DNA of 64,000 bases, taken from contig JAAYDC010000006.1 of NCBI GenBank assembly GCA_012729455.1, positions 27,782 through 91,781 on the forward strand. The letters are read 5' to 3'. The position numbers and the translations under genes were made by a program. Under the pieces are notes generated by a model, which did no database searches, had not been told where the DNA came from, and saw nothing but the letters and a program-made list of their open reading frames with translations. This DNA comes from Chloroflexota bacterium (GTDB lineage: Bacteria; Chloroflexota; Anaerolineae; UBA1429). The first letter of the stretch is position 1; every line of letters starts with the position of its first letter. This document shows positions 1 to 10,458 of this stretch, piece after piece.

Positions 1-1045
1 CTTCGCGCCACTCACGGATCTGCTCGAGCCAGCTGGTGTGGTCAGCCTTGTGCACCATCTTTACCAGTTCGCGCAGCACATTTCGGGCATCGCCCACCAC
101 CGGCAGGTCGACCCGCACGCGCTTGCCGATCTCAGCCGGGTCGATATCGACATGGATAATTTTGGCATTCGGCGCAAATGTCTCAGCCGAGCTGGTCAGG
201 CGGTCGTCAAAGCGTGAGCCAATGCCGATGATCAGGTCGGCGTTTTGCATCGCCAGGTTGGCGTAGGATTCGCCGTGCATGCCGCCCATCCCTAGGCATA
301 GCGGATGGGTCTCGGGCAGGCCGCTCTTACCCAGCAGGCTGGTCACCACCGGCAGCTGAGCCTGTTCCACAAGGGCGAGCAGCTCGTCAAAGGCGTTGGC
401 AATGATCACCCCGCGCCCGGCGATCACCAAGGGTCGGTGGGCATGGTTGATCATCTCGGCAGCCTGGCGGATCTGGCGGGCGTTGCCGTGCACGTGCGGT
501 TTGTAGCCCGGCAGGTTGACGCTTTCGGGATAGGCAAACTCAGTCACGCCCTGCTGGGCGTCTTTTGAAATATCTAAAAGTACCGCTCCAGGCCGGCCGG
601 TGCTCGCCAGATGAAAGGCTTCGCGCACCGCCTGGGCCAGATCGTTAACAGAGGTGACGAGATAGTTGTGCTTTGTAATCGGCATGGTAATGCCGGTGAT
701 GTCGACTTCCTGGAAAAAGTCGGTGCCCAGCACACCCGAGGCCACCTGGCCGGTGATAGCCACCACCGAAGAGGAATCCATCTGGGCGTTGGCGATGCCC
801 GTCACCAGGTTGGTCGCACCGGGGCCCGAGGTCGCCAGGCACACCCCCACCTTGCCGGTCGCGCGCGCATAACCATCTGCGGCATGCGCAGCAGCCTGTT
901 CGTGGCGCATGGTGATCGAGCGGATCGAGTAGTTGGACAGTTCGTGATAAAGGGGCATGACGGTACCGCCAGTGATGCCGAAAAAGACATCGACGCCCTC
1001 GCGCATCAAACACTCCCACAAAATCTGGGCACCGTTCAACTTCAT
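1..1045 (-). CDS. ilvB: acetolactate synthase large subunit (TPP enzyme), N-terminal part; gene continues past the window 5' edge
   Basis: The reverse-strand translation starts MKLNGAQILWECLMREGVDVFFGITGG and contains SGPGATNLVTGIANAQMDSSSVVAITGQV, which is typical of ALS/TPP enzymes. An AGGAGG RBS lies 8 nt upstream of the ATG at 1045. The gene sits next to ilvD. Confidence 0.85.
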   Translation of the reverse strand, partial: MKLNGAQILWECLMREGVDVFFGITGGTVMPLYHELSNYSIRSITMRHEQAAAHAADGYARATGKVGVCLATSGPGATNLVTGIANAQMDSSSVVAITGQVASGVLGTDFFQEVDITGITMPITKHNYLVTSVNDLAQAVREAFHLASTGRPGAVLLDISKDAQQGVTEFAYPESVNLPGYKPHVHGNARQIRQAAEMINHAHRPLVIAGRGVIIANAFDELLALVEQAQLPVVTSLLGKSGLPETHPLCLGMGGMHGESYANLAMQNADLIIGIGSRFDDRLTSSAETFAPNAKIIHVDIDPAEIGKRVRVDLPVVGDARNVLRELVKMVHKADHTSWLEQIREWRE

Positions 1046-1080
1046 AACGCTGTCCTCCTAAAGACCAACATAAACTCGCG

Positions 1081-2763
1081 TTATTCGCTCAGCACAGCGC
1101 CAGTGCTGGCCGAAGTCACCGCCTGGGCATAACGCCGCAGGTATCCGCTGCGCACCCGCGGCTCAAAGGCGGGCAAGGCCTCGAGGCGTGCACGCATTTC
1201 CTCGGGCGAGAGTGCCACCGAGAGGCTGTGGTTAGGGATATCGATACTGATCATGTCGCCATCGCGCAGGGCCGCCAGCGGCCCGCGGGCAGCCGCTTCG
1301 GGCGAGATGTGTCCGATGGCAGCACCGCGCGTGGCGCCCGAAAAGCGCCCGTCGGTCAGCAGTGCGACCTTGTCGTCCATCTTCATGCCCGAAAGCAGCG
1401 AGGTAGGGGTGAGCATCTCGCGCATGCCCGGGCCGCCCTTGGGGCCCTCATAACGGATCACGATCACATCGCCGGGCTTGAATTCGCCGGCCATGATCGC
1501 ACGGGTAGCCTCTTCTTCGACATCATAGACCCGGGCCGGGCCGATGTGCTGCATCATGGCCGGCGCCACAGCGGCCTTTTTCACGACTGCGCCTTCGGGG
1601 GCCAGGTTGCCAAACAGGATCGCCAAACCGCCCGTCTTGGAGTAGGGATCCTGCACGCTGCGCACGACATTACGGTCCACCAGGTTGTAATCGGGCGCCC
1701 AGCGCGAATCCGGGTCGAGGTTCTCGGCCACGCTCTGGCCGGTAACACTGAGAGCTGTGCCATCGAGCAGGCCAGCCCCCAAGAGCTCGTGCAGGATAGC
1801 GCTGATGCCGCCGGAATAGTAGAGGTCTTCGAGGTATTGGTCGCCCGCTGGCGATAACTTGACCAGGTGCGGGGTGCGCTCCGAGTAGGTGTTCAGATCG
1901 GGCAGGTTGATATCCAGCCCCGCCTCATGGGCGATCGCCAGCAGGTGCAGCACCGAGTTGGTCGAGCCGCCCATCGCCATATCGCAGGCAAAGGCATTGG
2001 CAAAGCCCTGGGCATTGAAGATCTGGCGCGCAGTGATGCCCTTTTCCAGCAGCGTTATCACAGCCATGCCGGCCTCTTTGGCCAGGGCCAGGCGCCGCGA
2101 GCTGACGGCTGGAGTTGCGCCGTTGCCGGGCAGTGCCATGCCGAGTGCCTCGCTTAGGCAACCCATCGTGTTGGCGGTAAACATACCCGCGCATGACCCG
2201 CACCCCGGGCAGCAGGCCTGTTCGATGCGCTTGGCGTAGCGCTCGCTGATCTCTCCGGCGGTGAAAGCTCCCACGGCGGTAAAGGCACTGTTGAGGTCGA
2301 GGCGCTGGTCGCCCAAGCGCCCGGCCAGCATCGGCCCGCCCGTCACCACTACGGCGGGGATGTCCAGCCTAGCAGCAGCCATCAACATGCCGGGCACAAC
2401 TTTATCGCAGGAGGGGATCAGCACCATGGCATCGTAAGCGTGCGAGCGTACTACCGTCTCGACCGAATCGGCGATCAACTCGCGCGACGAAAGCGAGTAC
2501 TTCATGCCCTGGTGGCCCATGGCGATGCCATCACAGACGGCGATCACGTTGCTCTCAAAGGGTGTGCCGCCCGCCATGCGCACACCGGCCTTGACGGCCT
2601 CGTTGATCTGGCGCAGGTGCATGTGCCCGGGCACGATCTCGGAAAAAGAGCTGATCACTCCCACAAAGGGCTGCTCCATCTCGCGGTCGGTAGCGCCGAG
2701 AGCCCACAGTAGCGATCGATGCGGCGTGCGGTTGATGCCCTTTTTAACGATGTCGCTCTTCAT
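1081..2763 (-). CDS. ilvD: dihydroxy-acid dehydratase
   Basis: The 560-aa product contains the conserved [16 protein letters not shown] (Fe-S Cys) and [11 protein letters not shown] motifs. A GGGAG RBS precedes the ATG at 2763. Confidence 0.9.
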   Translation of the reverse strand: MKSDIVKKGINRTPHRSLLWALGATDREMEQPFVGVISSFSEIVPGHMHLRQINEAVKAGVRMAGGTPFESNVIAVCDGIAMGHQGMKYSLSSRELIADSVETVVRSHAYDAMVLIPSCDKVVPGMLMAAARLDIPAVVVTGGPMLAGRLGDQRLDLNSAFTAVGAFTAGEISERYAKRIEQACCPGCGSCAGMFTANTMGCLSEALGMALPGNGATPAVSSRRLALAKEAGMAVITLLEKGITARQIFNAQGFANAFACDMAMGGSTNSVLHLLAIAHEAGLDINLPDLNTYSERTPHLVKLSPAGDQYLEDLYYSGGISAILHELLGAGLLDGTALSVTGQSVAENLDPDSRWAPDYNLVDRNVVRSVQDPYSKTGGLAILFGNLAPEGAVVKKAAVAPAMMQHIGPARVYDVEEEATRAIMAGEFKPGDVIVIRYEGPKGGPGMREMLTPTSLLSGMKMDDKVALLTDGRFSGATRGAAIGHISPEAAARGPLAALRDGDMISIDIPNHSLSVALSPEEMRARLEALPAFEPRVRSGYLRRYAQAVTSASTGAVLSE

Positions 2764-2847
2764 GCTTTCTCCCACAGATAAAAATAGCCAACGCGCACGA
2801 TCCCTTGTGCGGCATTGGCTTCGTCGCGCCTGCCAGATATGCGATTC

Positions 2848-2879
2848 ATAAAAAGAGCCTCACCGGTTGGGTGAGGCTC
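2848..2879 (-). terminator. intrinsic terminator for the upstream minus-strand SBP gene
   Basis: A 10-bp perfect stem (gagcctcacc / ggtgaggctc) with a 5-nt loop is followed on the minus strand by TTTTTAT. Confidence 0.55.
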
Positions 2880-3099
2880 ATAGTTCCGAGTTATATTGCC
2901 TGTTTATGCCTTGCCCAACACCTCTAGCTCCTCGTAATGAGGAGCCCAAAAAGGACGAGCGTAATTCGGCGGTTCAGGCTGCTGTTCATGGATACTTCCA
3001 CTACTGGAATAGACCAAACATAGCACAATCGCGCGAGCTTGTCAAGCTCCTGGATACGACCAAACATAGCGTACCCGCACAGGCTGATAGCGGCTAGCC

Positions 3100-4689
3100 C
3101 TACTTGACCGGATCGCACGGCCAGTGGGTCAGGTCCCAATCGCCCCCCTCAGAATACTGGTGTGCACGAGTCTTGACGACTTCGTGCCCCAGACGAGTGA
3201 TCAGCGCGTCGGATTTGCTGGCCAGGATATCATAGCCGCCAAAACCCGCGTAATACTCTGCCAGGTACCGTTGAACTTCCGAGGCGTACTCGCTGACATC
3301 GCCCAGCCACATATAGGGCACCTGCCAGGTGTGCAGAGGATCCTCCATACCGCGCAGACGGCCGTTCCAGAGCTTGCCAAAGGACGGCAACAACTCAGCC
3401 CCGCGCACCGCCGGCAGCAGCGCGGGCACTTCGTTGACATAGGCGGCGTTGTTTTCCGGCGCAGTGATAAACATCAGCCAGTCCAGGCTGGTCTGAGTGA
3501 GCCCGCGTTCGACACTGATGTGGTTGATTCCTGCAGCATTGACGATCCCGCCGATATCCCTGGGCGCGATGGGCGGATCGGGAGCAAAAGACGAAGTCGC
3601 GCGCGTAACCGGCGGGAACCACAGGCTGGTCCACTCAAAGGGCACCTTGGCGCCCTCAAGGCCGAGCGCCAGGGCATTCGAATCCCACACCATGGCAGTC
3701 TTGCCCTCAATAAACTCCTGCGGGCTGGTGCCGGCCAGGCTGCTGGCGGCTCCCGGCGGCAGGTAGTCAAAAAAGGCGGTGATGACGTCGTACAACGCTT
3801 TGACGGCTGGCTCGCTAAAGGGTTCCCATCCCTGGCAGGTGATCTGCATGACGATCTCTTCGACGCTGATCATCTCCTCCTGAAGGGGTACATCACCTGC
3901 GTCGTGATAGTTCAGCACATCAAATCGCGACGTCAGCCCAGCCAGCAGCTGGTCGACCAGGATACCGGGCAGCCAGCGATCCAGCACGCTGGCTGCCATA
4001 CTAAAGGGCACCGATGAGACGGATCTCAGGCTGGTGATCCAATCCAGCAGGGTCTGCCAATCGGCCGGGGCGTTGGCTTTGGCGTCCAGGCTGCCATCCA
4101 GGTCGATACCCGCCTCGGCGAAAAGGTCTATATTGGCATACAGGCCGGTGGCGTTGCGATCAATTGGTACACCGCACAGCACACCATGCGATCCCGTCTG
4201 CTTGAAATACGAGTCGCTAAAAGACGCCCCCCAACGCTCCGCCTCTTTATGGTAGGGGTTGGGGCTATCCAGGTAGTCGTTGAGCACAACACTGCCGCGG
4301 TTAGCCGCCAGACTATTCAGAAAAGGCAGTGATGTCAGAAAGGTGTCGGGGCCGGTGCCCATCAGGATCTGGGTAGAGATCCAGGTCTCAAAGGTCATGC
4401 GCGGCGGCTCGAGGATAAAGCTGAACTCGACCTCGGGATGCAGGTCAACCCACTTATCCGCCAGGGTTTTCATGGCCTCGCGCACCGGCTCGCCCATGCC
4501 GCGCGCCGAGGTGGGGATGTACTGTGCAGCATAAAACGAAAACTCGCCGGTGAACTCGGCTGCACGCGGGGTGATGATCGCCGGGCTATCGCTAAAGAGC
4601 GGGCGGTTACAGGAGCCTAGGAGCAGACTGGCTGCGGCTCCGGCCGCCAACTGCATAAACTTGCGCCGCGTGATCGCACTCTCAACCAT
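3100..4689 (-). CDS. extracellular solute-binding protein (ABC SBP family 1), TAT signal plus lipobox
   Basis: The N-terminus is MVESAITRRKFMQLAAGAAASLLLGSC, with a twin-arginine motif and an LLGSC lipobox. An AAGGAG RBS precedes the ATG at 4689. No permease or ATPase gene is adjacent. Confidence 0.7.
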   Translation of the reverse strand: MVESAITRRKFMQLAAGAAASLLLGSCNRPLFSDSPAIITPRAAEFTGEFSFYAAQYIPTSARGMGEPVREAMKTLADKWVDLHPEVEFSFILEPPRMTFETWISTQILMGTGPDTFLTSLPFLNSLAANRGSVVLNDYLDSPNPYHKEAERWGASFSDSYFKQTGSHGVLCGVPIDRNATGLYANIDLFAEAGIDLDGSLDAKANAPADWQTLLDWITSLRSVSSVPFSMAASVLDRWLPGILVDQLLAGLTSRFDVLNYHDAGDVPLQEEMISVEEIVMQITCQGWEPFSEPAVKALYDVITAFFDYLPPGAASSLAGTSPQEFIEGKTAMVWDSNALALGLEGAKVPFEWTSLWFPPVTRATSSFAPDPPIAPRDIGGIVNAAGINHISVERGLTQTSLDWLMFITAPENNAAYVNEVPALLPAVRGAELLPSFGKLWNGRLRGMEDPLHTWQVPYMWLGDVSEYASEVQRYLAEYYAGFGGYDILASKSDALITRLGHEVVKTRAHQYSEGGDWDLTHWPCDPVK

Positions 4690-4818
4690 GATGATATCTC
4701 CTTGACGAGTCACCACGGGATACGTTAACCTTATTTTAACACAAATCGGCGCGCTGTACCCAGCCGGTATTCACCGCTACAATACGACAGGCACGATTAT
4801 CTGGCAAGGAGTTACAAC

Positions 4819-5601
4819 ATGGCTTACTCCCCTGAACCGACGGCGACGATCGACCAGCTGCGCGTCTACCGCTGTGAGTCACCTGCCGAGCTGGGTGCTC
4901 TGGCGGCTGATATGCTCACGGATGCCATCCAGAGCGTTGTGGCTGAGCGCGGCAGCTGCAACCTGATCATGGCTACGGGCAACTCCCAGCTGCCCCTCTA
5001 TACGGTGCTGCGCGAGCGCGACCTGCCCTGGGGAGCGGTGCGCGTGCTGCATATGGACGAATACCTTGGACTGGACGAGCACCATTCGGCCTCCTTCCAG
5101 GGCTATATGCGCCGCGAACTGGCCGACCGCGTACCGCTCAAGGCGTTCTATGGCATCCGCGGCGATGTAGCTGATCCAGCTGCTGAGATCGCGCGCTACA
5201 GCGAGCTCCTGCGTACCTATCCGGCGGATGTGTGTGTGCTGGGCATCGGCGAGAACGGTCACCTGGCCTTTAACGACCCGCCGGCCGATTTCACGACGGA
5301 TGCTCTGGTGCACATTGTCACCCTCGACCAGGTCTGCCGCCAGCAGCAGGTGGGCGAAGGCCATTTTGCCAGCCTGGATGCCGTGCCCAAGCAGGCCCTC
5401 ACCCTGACCGTGCCGGCCCTCCTGAGCGCGCGTATGGTGCTGGCGATTGTTCCAGAGGCGCGCAAAGCCGAGATCGTGCGCCGTACGCTGACGGAGCCGA
5501 TCAGCCCGGCGTGTCCGGCCACTATCCTGCGGCGCCAGGCACATGCCCATCTGTTTCTGGATGCCGCCTCAGCCAGCCGCTCGGACGACCTGTTGAACTG
5601 A
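4819..5601 (+). CDS. nagB: glucosamine-6-phosphate deaminase/isomerase family protein (NagB-like)
   Basis: The product contains the GIGENGHLAFNDPPADF motif of the NagB/6-PGL fold. An AAGGAG RBS is present. Confidence 0.7.
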   Translation: MAYSPEPTATIDQLRVYRCESPAELGALAADMLTDAIQSVVAERGSCNLIMATGNSQLPLYTVLRERDLPWGAVRVLHMDEYLGLDEHHSASFQGYMRRELADRVPLKAFYGIRGDVADPAAEIARYSELLRTYPADVCVLGIGENGHLAFNDPPADFTTDALVHIVTLDQVCRQQQVGEGHFASLDAVPKQALTLTVPALLSARMVLAIVPEARKAEIVRRTLTEPISPACPATILRRQAHAHLFLDAASASRSDDLLN

Positions 5602-5616
5602 GCGCAGCGCGGGCAG

Positions 5617-5645
5617 TTGGTTAAATCGCCCAGGCGATGTATAGT
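5617..5645 (+). promoter_or_regulatory. sigma70-like promoter for glnS (TTGGTT-17-TATAGT), spacer contains inverted repeat ATCGCCcaGGCGAT
   Basis: The -35 element is at 5617–5622 and the -10 element at 5640–5645, with a 17-nt spacer. An AGGAGG RBS and the ATG at 5677 follow. Confidence 0.45.
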
Positions 5646-5676
5646 TTGCGGTACTGCAACGCTCAGGAGGGATGTG

Positions 5677-7383
5677 ATGGCTGACGAATCGACCACCATG
5701 CCGGCTGCCGAAGAGGCGGCGCCGCTCGACTTTATCCGTACGATCGTCAACCAGGACGTCCAGCAGGGGATTAACGACGGGCGCGTGCACACGCGCTTCC
5801 CGCCCGAACCCAACGGTTACCTGCATATCGGCCACTCCAAGGCCATCACGCTCGATTTCGGGATCGCCGCCGAATATGGCGGCCTGTGCAACCTGCGCTT
5901 TGACGACACAAACCCAACCAAGGAAGAGGTCGAATACGTCGATAGTATCCAGGAGGATATCCGCTGGCTGGGCTTTGACTGGGACGATCGGCTCTATTAT
6001 GCCTCCAGCTATTTCGGCCGTTTGTACGAGTGCGCCGAGCAGCTCATCCAACTGGGCAAAGCATTTGTGTGCGACCTGAGCCCCGACGAGATGCGCGAGT
6101 ATCGCGGCACCCTCACCGAGCCGGGGCACAACAGCCCCTGGCGCGAGCGCAGCATCGCCGAAAACCTGGATCTCTTTCGCCGCATGAAAGCCGGCGAGTT
6201 TCCCGAAGGCAACCGCGTGCTGCGCGCCAAGATCGACATGGCCAGCCCCAATATGGTAATGCGCGACCCGGTTATCTATCGCATCCTCTACACACCGCAT
6301 CACCGCACAGGCACCGAGTGGTGCATCTACCCGATGTACGACTTTGCGCACTGCCTGTCGGACGCGCTGGAGGGCATCACACACTCGTTCTGCACGCTCG
6401 AGTTTGAAAATAACCGTCCTCTCTATGACTGGTTCCTGGAAGCCCTGTCGGTGCCGCATCGTCCACAGCAGATCGAGTTTGCGCGCCTGAACCTCACGCA
6501 TGTGGTGATGAGCAAACGCCTGCTGCGCCGCCTGGTCGAAGATGGCACGGTGAGCGGCTGGGACGACCCGCGCATGCCCACGTTAGCCGGCATGCGCCGT
6601 TTGGGTTATACCCCCGAGTCGATCCGCGACTTTAACGCCCGCATCGGCGTGGCCAAAGCCAACAGCATGGTGGATTTCTCGCTTCTGGAATACTGCGTGC
6701 GCACCGACCTGAACAAGATCGCCCCGCGGGTGATGGGCGTGCTGCGCCCGCTCAAGGTGATCATCGATAACTATCCCGAGGACCAGGTCGAGGAGCTGCA
6801 GGCGATCAACAACCCCGAAGACCCTTCCGCCGGCACGCGCGCGGTGCCCTTTAGCCGCGAGCTGTACATCGAACAGGACGACTTTCGTATTGACCCCCCG
6901 CCCAAGTATTTCAGGCTGGCGCCTGGCCGCGAGGTGCGGCTGCGCTATGCCTACTTTATTACCTGCAACAGCTATGAGACGGACCCCGCCACCGGCGAGG
7001 TGACTGTGCTGCACTGTACCTATGACCCAGCCACGCGCGGCGGCGATTCTCCCGATGGCCGCAAGGTCAAGGCCACCCTGCACTGGGTCTCGGAACGCCA
7101 CGCTATAGGAGCTGAAGTAAGGTTGTTCGACCGGCTCTTTAGCGTAGCCGACCCGACCGCTGATGCCAGCCAAAGCCTGTCGGAGCAGCTCAACCCCAGC
7201 TCACTCGAGGTGGTGCAGGCCCAGGTCGAGCCCAGCCTCGGCGATGCGCCGGTTGGGGCTCATTACCAGCTCGAGCGCCAGGGCTATTTCACCGTCGATC
7301 GCGATTCGCGCCCCGGCCAGTTGGTGCTCAACCGCACCGTAGCGCTGCGCGATACGTGGGCCAAGATCGAACAAAAAGGTTAA
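5677..7383 (+). CDS. glnS: glutaminyl-tRNA synthetase
   Basis: The product contains the class I HIGH-type motif [14 protein letters not shown] and a VMSKR KMSKS-like loop. An in-frame ATG-TGA lies just upstream, so I place the start at 5677. Confidence 0.85.
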   Translation: MADESTTMPAAEEAAPLDFIRTIVNQDVQQGINDGRVHTRFPPEPNGYLHIGHSKAITLDFGIAAEYGGLCNLRFDDTNPTKEEVEYVDSIQEDIRWLGFDWDDRLYYASSYFGRLYECAEQLIQLGKAFVCDLSPDEMREYRGTLTEPGHNSPWRERSIAENLDLFRRMKAGEFPEGNRVLRAKIDMASPNMVMRDPVIYRILYTPHHRTGTEWCIYPMYDFAHCLSDALEGITHSFCTLEFENNRPLYDWFLEALSVPHRPQQIEFARLNLTHVVMSKRLLRRLVEDGTVSGWDDPRMPTLAGMRRLGYTPESIRDFNARIGVAKANSMVDFSLLEYCVRTDLNKIAPRVMGVLRPLKVIIDNYPEDQVEELQAINNPEDPSAGTRAVPFSRELYIEQDDFRIDPPPKYFRLAPGREVRLRYAYFITCNSYETDPATGEVTVLHCTYDPATRGGDSPDGRKVKATLHWVSERHAIGAEVRLFDRLFSVADPTADASQSLSEQLNPSSLEVVQAQVEPSLGDAPVGAHYQLERQGYFTVDRDSRPGQLVLNRTVALRDTWAKIEQKG

Positions 7384-7416
7384 GACTACGCCAGCCGGCT
7401 GTTTGGATAGATTGTT

Positions 7417-8703
7417 ATGTCTAGTTATTCGCCCGAAGTCACCGCCTATCTGGCGCGCTATGAACGGCGCAACCTGATCGCCAACTTTCTGGACCTCACG
7501 TTCTTTAGTCTGGCGATGTCGTTCATCTTTGCCTCGACTGTGCTGACGGTCTATATTAGCCGGCTGACGAGTGTGGCCGTGCTGATCGGCTTGGTGACCT
7601 CGATCCAGGGGGTATCGTCGAGCCTGCCGCAGCTCTTTTTCGCCAACAAGGCTGAGCACCTCTCGCGCTACCTGCCCTTTATCCTGCCGATCAGCACACT
7701 GGAGCGCCTCCCCTATGGGGTGATTGGCCTGATGCTGCTGTTGTGGCCGCAGGTACCCAACTGGCTGGCCTATACGGTGCTGATCCTCGGTTTGGCGATT
7801 GCCGCGCTGGCGGGCGGCATCTGCGCGCCGGCCTGGCGCGGGATGATCGCCAAGGTGGTGCACCGCGAACAGCGCGGGATGCTCTTTGGCGTCAGTGCGG
7901 GAGTCGGCGGGTTGCTCGGTGTAGCTGGAGCAGCAGTCTCGCGCCAGATCTTGGCCAACTACCCTTACCCGACCTCGTACGGCATCTGTTTTATGCTATG
8001 CTTTGTGTTTCAGATCTGCTCTTATATCGGGCTGAGCCTGAACCGCGAACCAGCTACGCCGCCGACGGTGGAAAGCCGTTCTGCGCGCGATTATTGGTCG
8101 AGGCTACCCTCGGTGCTACGCGGCAACCGCAATTTTCGGTGCTATCTGACAATCCGTGTGTTGCTGGTTTTGGCGGGCATGGCGGGTGTCTTTACCATGG
8201 TATATGCGCGCCAGCGCTTTGAAGTGAGTGATTCGTTTGCAGCCGACCTGACAATGGTTGCCTTGATCAGCCAGACCATCGCCGCACCGCTCCTGGGGCG
8301 CGTAGCGGACCGGCTCGGTTACAAGTGGCTGCTCCAGCTCGGCACCCTGACGTCCATGTTCGCCATGGTGATCCTGATAGCTGCGCCCGCCCCCGAATGG
8401 TTCTATTTGCTCTACCTGGTGACTAACGCGGGTGGAGCCGGCATGGGTATCGCTGCATCCAACCTGCCTATGGAGTTCTCGGCCACCGAGCTGCCGACCT
8501 ATACCGCCCTCTCGGACACTCTGCTGACTCTGCCGATCCTGCTATCGCCGCTGATCGGGGGCTGGCTGGTGGATACCGTCGGCATGCGCCCCACCTTTGT
8601 GCTCAGCCTGGTGCTGTATGCAGTCGTATATGTGATGCTGCGCTGGTTTATGATCGACCCGCGCCACAACACCCCCACCCCCGAGCCCGAAAGCGCTGTC
8701 TAG
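7417..8703 (+). CDS. MFS transporter
   Basis: The 428-aa protein has about 12 predicted TM segments with the typical 6+6 hydrophobic pattern. Confidence 0.75.
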   Translation: MSSYSPEVTAYLARYERRNLIANFLDLTFFSLAMSFIFASTVLTVYISRLTSVAVLIGLVTSIQGVSSSLPQLFFANKAEHLSRYLPFILPISTLERLPYGVIGLMLLLWPQVPNWLAYTVLILGLAIAALAGGICAPAWRGMIAKVVHREQRGMLFGVSAGVGGLLGVAGAAVSRQILANYPYPTSYGICFMLCFVFQICSYIGLSLNREPATPPTVESRSARDYWSRLPSVLRGNRNFRCYLTIRVLLVLAGMAGVFTMVYARQRFEVSDSFAADLTMVALISQTIAAPLLGRVADRLGYKWLLQLGTLTSMFAMVILIAAPAPEWFYLLYLVTNAGGAGMGIAASNLPMEFSATELPTYTALSDTLLTLPILLSPLIGGWLVDTVGMRPTFVLSLVLYAVVYVMLRWFMIDPRHNTPTPEPESAV

Positions 8704-9458
8704 GCGCTGAGCGAGCTGCGCAATTCCGCCGCCAGCTCCTGAAAGCGCAGCGAATGCTGCTGTTCAATGTGCCGCGGACGCGGCAGATCAATACGCACTT
8801 CGTTCTTGAGCACCCCTGGACGAGCGCTCATCGTCAGCACGCGGTCCGAAAGCAGCACGGCTTCCTGGATATTGTGGGTCACCATCACCACCGATTTGTG
8901 CTGGCGCTGCACTAGTTTGAGCAGCTCTGCATCCATGCGTTCGCGCGTGAGGGCGTCCAGCGCCGCAAAGGGCTCGTCCAGCAGCAGGATCGACGGATCG
9001 TTGACCATGGCGCGCGCCACAGCGACGCGCTGGCTCATCCCGCCCGAAAGCTCAGCCGGGTAGGCGTGCGCAAAGTCATCCAGCCCAACCAAATGCAGTT
9101 GCGCGCGGGCACGTTCCTGTGCCTCCCTGCGCGGTACGCCGGCTACTTCGAGCGGCAGCATAATGTTGGCCAGTACTGTGCGCCAGGGCATCAGGGCGGG
9201 GCGCTGGAAGACAAAACCGATCTCGCGCTGCGGAGCTGTAATGACAGAGCCGCGCAGGATAACACGGCCGCCAGTGGGCTGTAACAGCCCCCCCAGGATG
9301 CGCAGCAGGGTCGATTTACCGCACCCTGACGGCCCGATGATGCAAATGATCTCCTGCGGATACAGGCACATATCGGCACGCGCCAGCGCCTCAAAGGGAG
9401 CTGACTCTTCCGGAAAGGTCATCTGCACCTGTTGGGCGCACAAGAGTGGTTCGCTCAT
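8700..9458 (-). CDS. ABC transporter ATP-binding protein, NitT/TauT (SsuB-like) family
   Basis: The product has a Walker A motif (GPSGCGKST), the LSGGMSQR signature and an LLLDEP Walker B motif. Confidence 0.85.
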   Translation of the reverse strand: MSEPLLCAQQVQMTFPEESAPFEALARADMCLYPQEIICIIGPSGCGKSTLLRILGGLLQPTGGRVILRGSVITAPQREIGFVFQRPALMPWRTVLANIMLPLEVAGVPRREAQERARAQLHLVGLDDFAHAYPAELSGGMSQRVAVARAMVNDPSILLLDEPFAALDALTRERMDAELLKLVQRQHKSVVMVTHNIQEAVLLSDRVLTMSARPGVLKNEVRIDLPRPRHIEQQHSLRFQELAAELRSSLSA

Positions 9459-10447
9459 GGCTGTGGCACAAACTGGTTCGTATAAAGCTGCTCAGGATCC
9501 AGCGGTGCGCTAAGCATACCCAGATCCTGCAGCAAGGTGACTGATTCCTGCCAGGCTTGCGGGTCGCTTGAGCCTAATGGAGTTCCCTGCCAAAAGTTGA
9601 TACACTCCTGCAGCACGGCCATCTGCAGGATCGCGGCCTCGTCATCCATTTCAGGGATCGCGCGGCGGGTGGCCAGCATGGCAGCCTGCGGGTCGGCGAT
9701 AGTATCTGCCAAACCGCGCGTAAAGGCGCGCACCACTCTGGCGACCAGCTCGGGGTCGTCGGCGATCAGCTTGTCGCTGGTGATAATGCCGTTCGAGACC
9801 AGCGCGGTGTATTGGTCGAGGTAAAGCACATCGATCGCTTCTCCTTGCGCCTCGAGCTGCACTGGCTCATTCATGGCATAGCAGATGGCGGCGTCGACAC
9901 GCCCCTCCACCAGGCTGGCTAACTGGGTGTAGCCGATGACCTGCAGCTTGACGGCGTCCGCCACGAGGTTGTTTTCGCGCACAAAAGCCTCCCAGCCGAT
10001 ATAGCTGGCACCCTGCATGGCGGGGGTGCCGACCGTCTTGCCCGCCAATGCACTGGGTGAGGTGATACCCGCCTCGGCCAGCGAGACAATGCACACCGGA
10101 AAGCGCCGATACCAGTTGGCCACATAACGCACCGGCATGCCGCTGGCGCGGGCGATGATCACCTGGTCACCGCTGGCAACCGCGAATTCCAGAGCACCGC
10201 TGCCGACCTGCTGCAGCAGATCGGTCTCCATGCCATAGTCGAGTTCTACTACGAGGCCTTCGTCGGCGAAATAGCCGCGTTCGATCGCAACGTAAAAGGG
10301 CGTGAACTGTACGTTGGGGATAAAACCCATCGCGATTTTAACAACCCGCGCCGACGGCTCCGGGACAGGTGTCGGTGCGGCTGGCTGACAGGCGGTCAGC
10401 ACGCCGATGATCACCAACAGGATTACAAGATTCCAAAAACGTCGCAT
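9455..10447 (-). CDS. ABC substrate-binding lipoprotein, NMT1/THI5-like (SsuA/TauA/ThiY-type)
   Basis: The N-terminus carries a signal peptide and a LTAC lipobox. The product has the NMT1-like fold typical of sulfonate, nitrate or HMP binding proteins. Confidence 0.75.
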   Translation of the reverse strand: MRRFWNLVILLVIIGVLTACQPAAPTPVPEPSARVVKIAMGFIPNVQFTPFYVAIERGYFADEGLVVELDYGMETDLLQQVGSGALEFAVASGDQVIIARASGMPVRYVANWYRRFPVCIVSLAEAGITSPSALAGKTVGTPAMQGASYIGWEAFVRENNLVADAVKLQVIGYTQLASLVEGRVDAAICYAMNEPVQLEAQGEAIDVLYLDQYTALVSNGIITSDKLIADDPELVARVVRAFTRGLADTIADPQAAMLATRRAIPEMDDEAAILQMAVLQECINFWQGTPLGSSDPQAWQESVTLLQDLGMLSAPLDPEQLYTNQFVPQP

Positions 10448-10458
10448 GCGGTCTCCTC

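Noticed and set aside
36-1132. Plus-strand ORFs (36..266, 305..568, 611..1132) and the minus-strand ORF 645..1019 at the window start
   Set aside because: They lie antisense or out of frame within the clearly conserved minus-strand ilvB reading frame. Long spurious ORFs are expected at more than 60% GC.
2764-2858. 31-codon uORF ([29 protein letters not shown]) overlapping the ilvD start as an ilv attenuation leader peptide
   Set aside because: It is not enriched in Ile/Val/Leu codons. No alternative terminator/antiterminator pair is evident. It is probably a chance ORF.
2867-3097. 76-aa ORF in the ilvD-SBP intergenic region
   Set aside because: It has no RBS and an odd composition. It overlaps the terminator and the direct repeats. 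It is probably non-coding.
5602-5676. T-box or other leader RNA upstream of glnS
   Set aside because: The leader is only about 25–30 nt after the predicted promoter, which is too short for a T-box.
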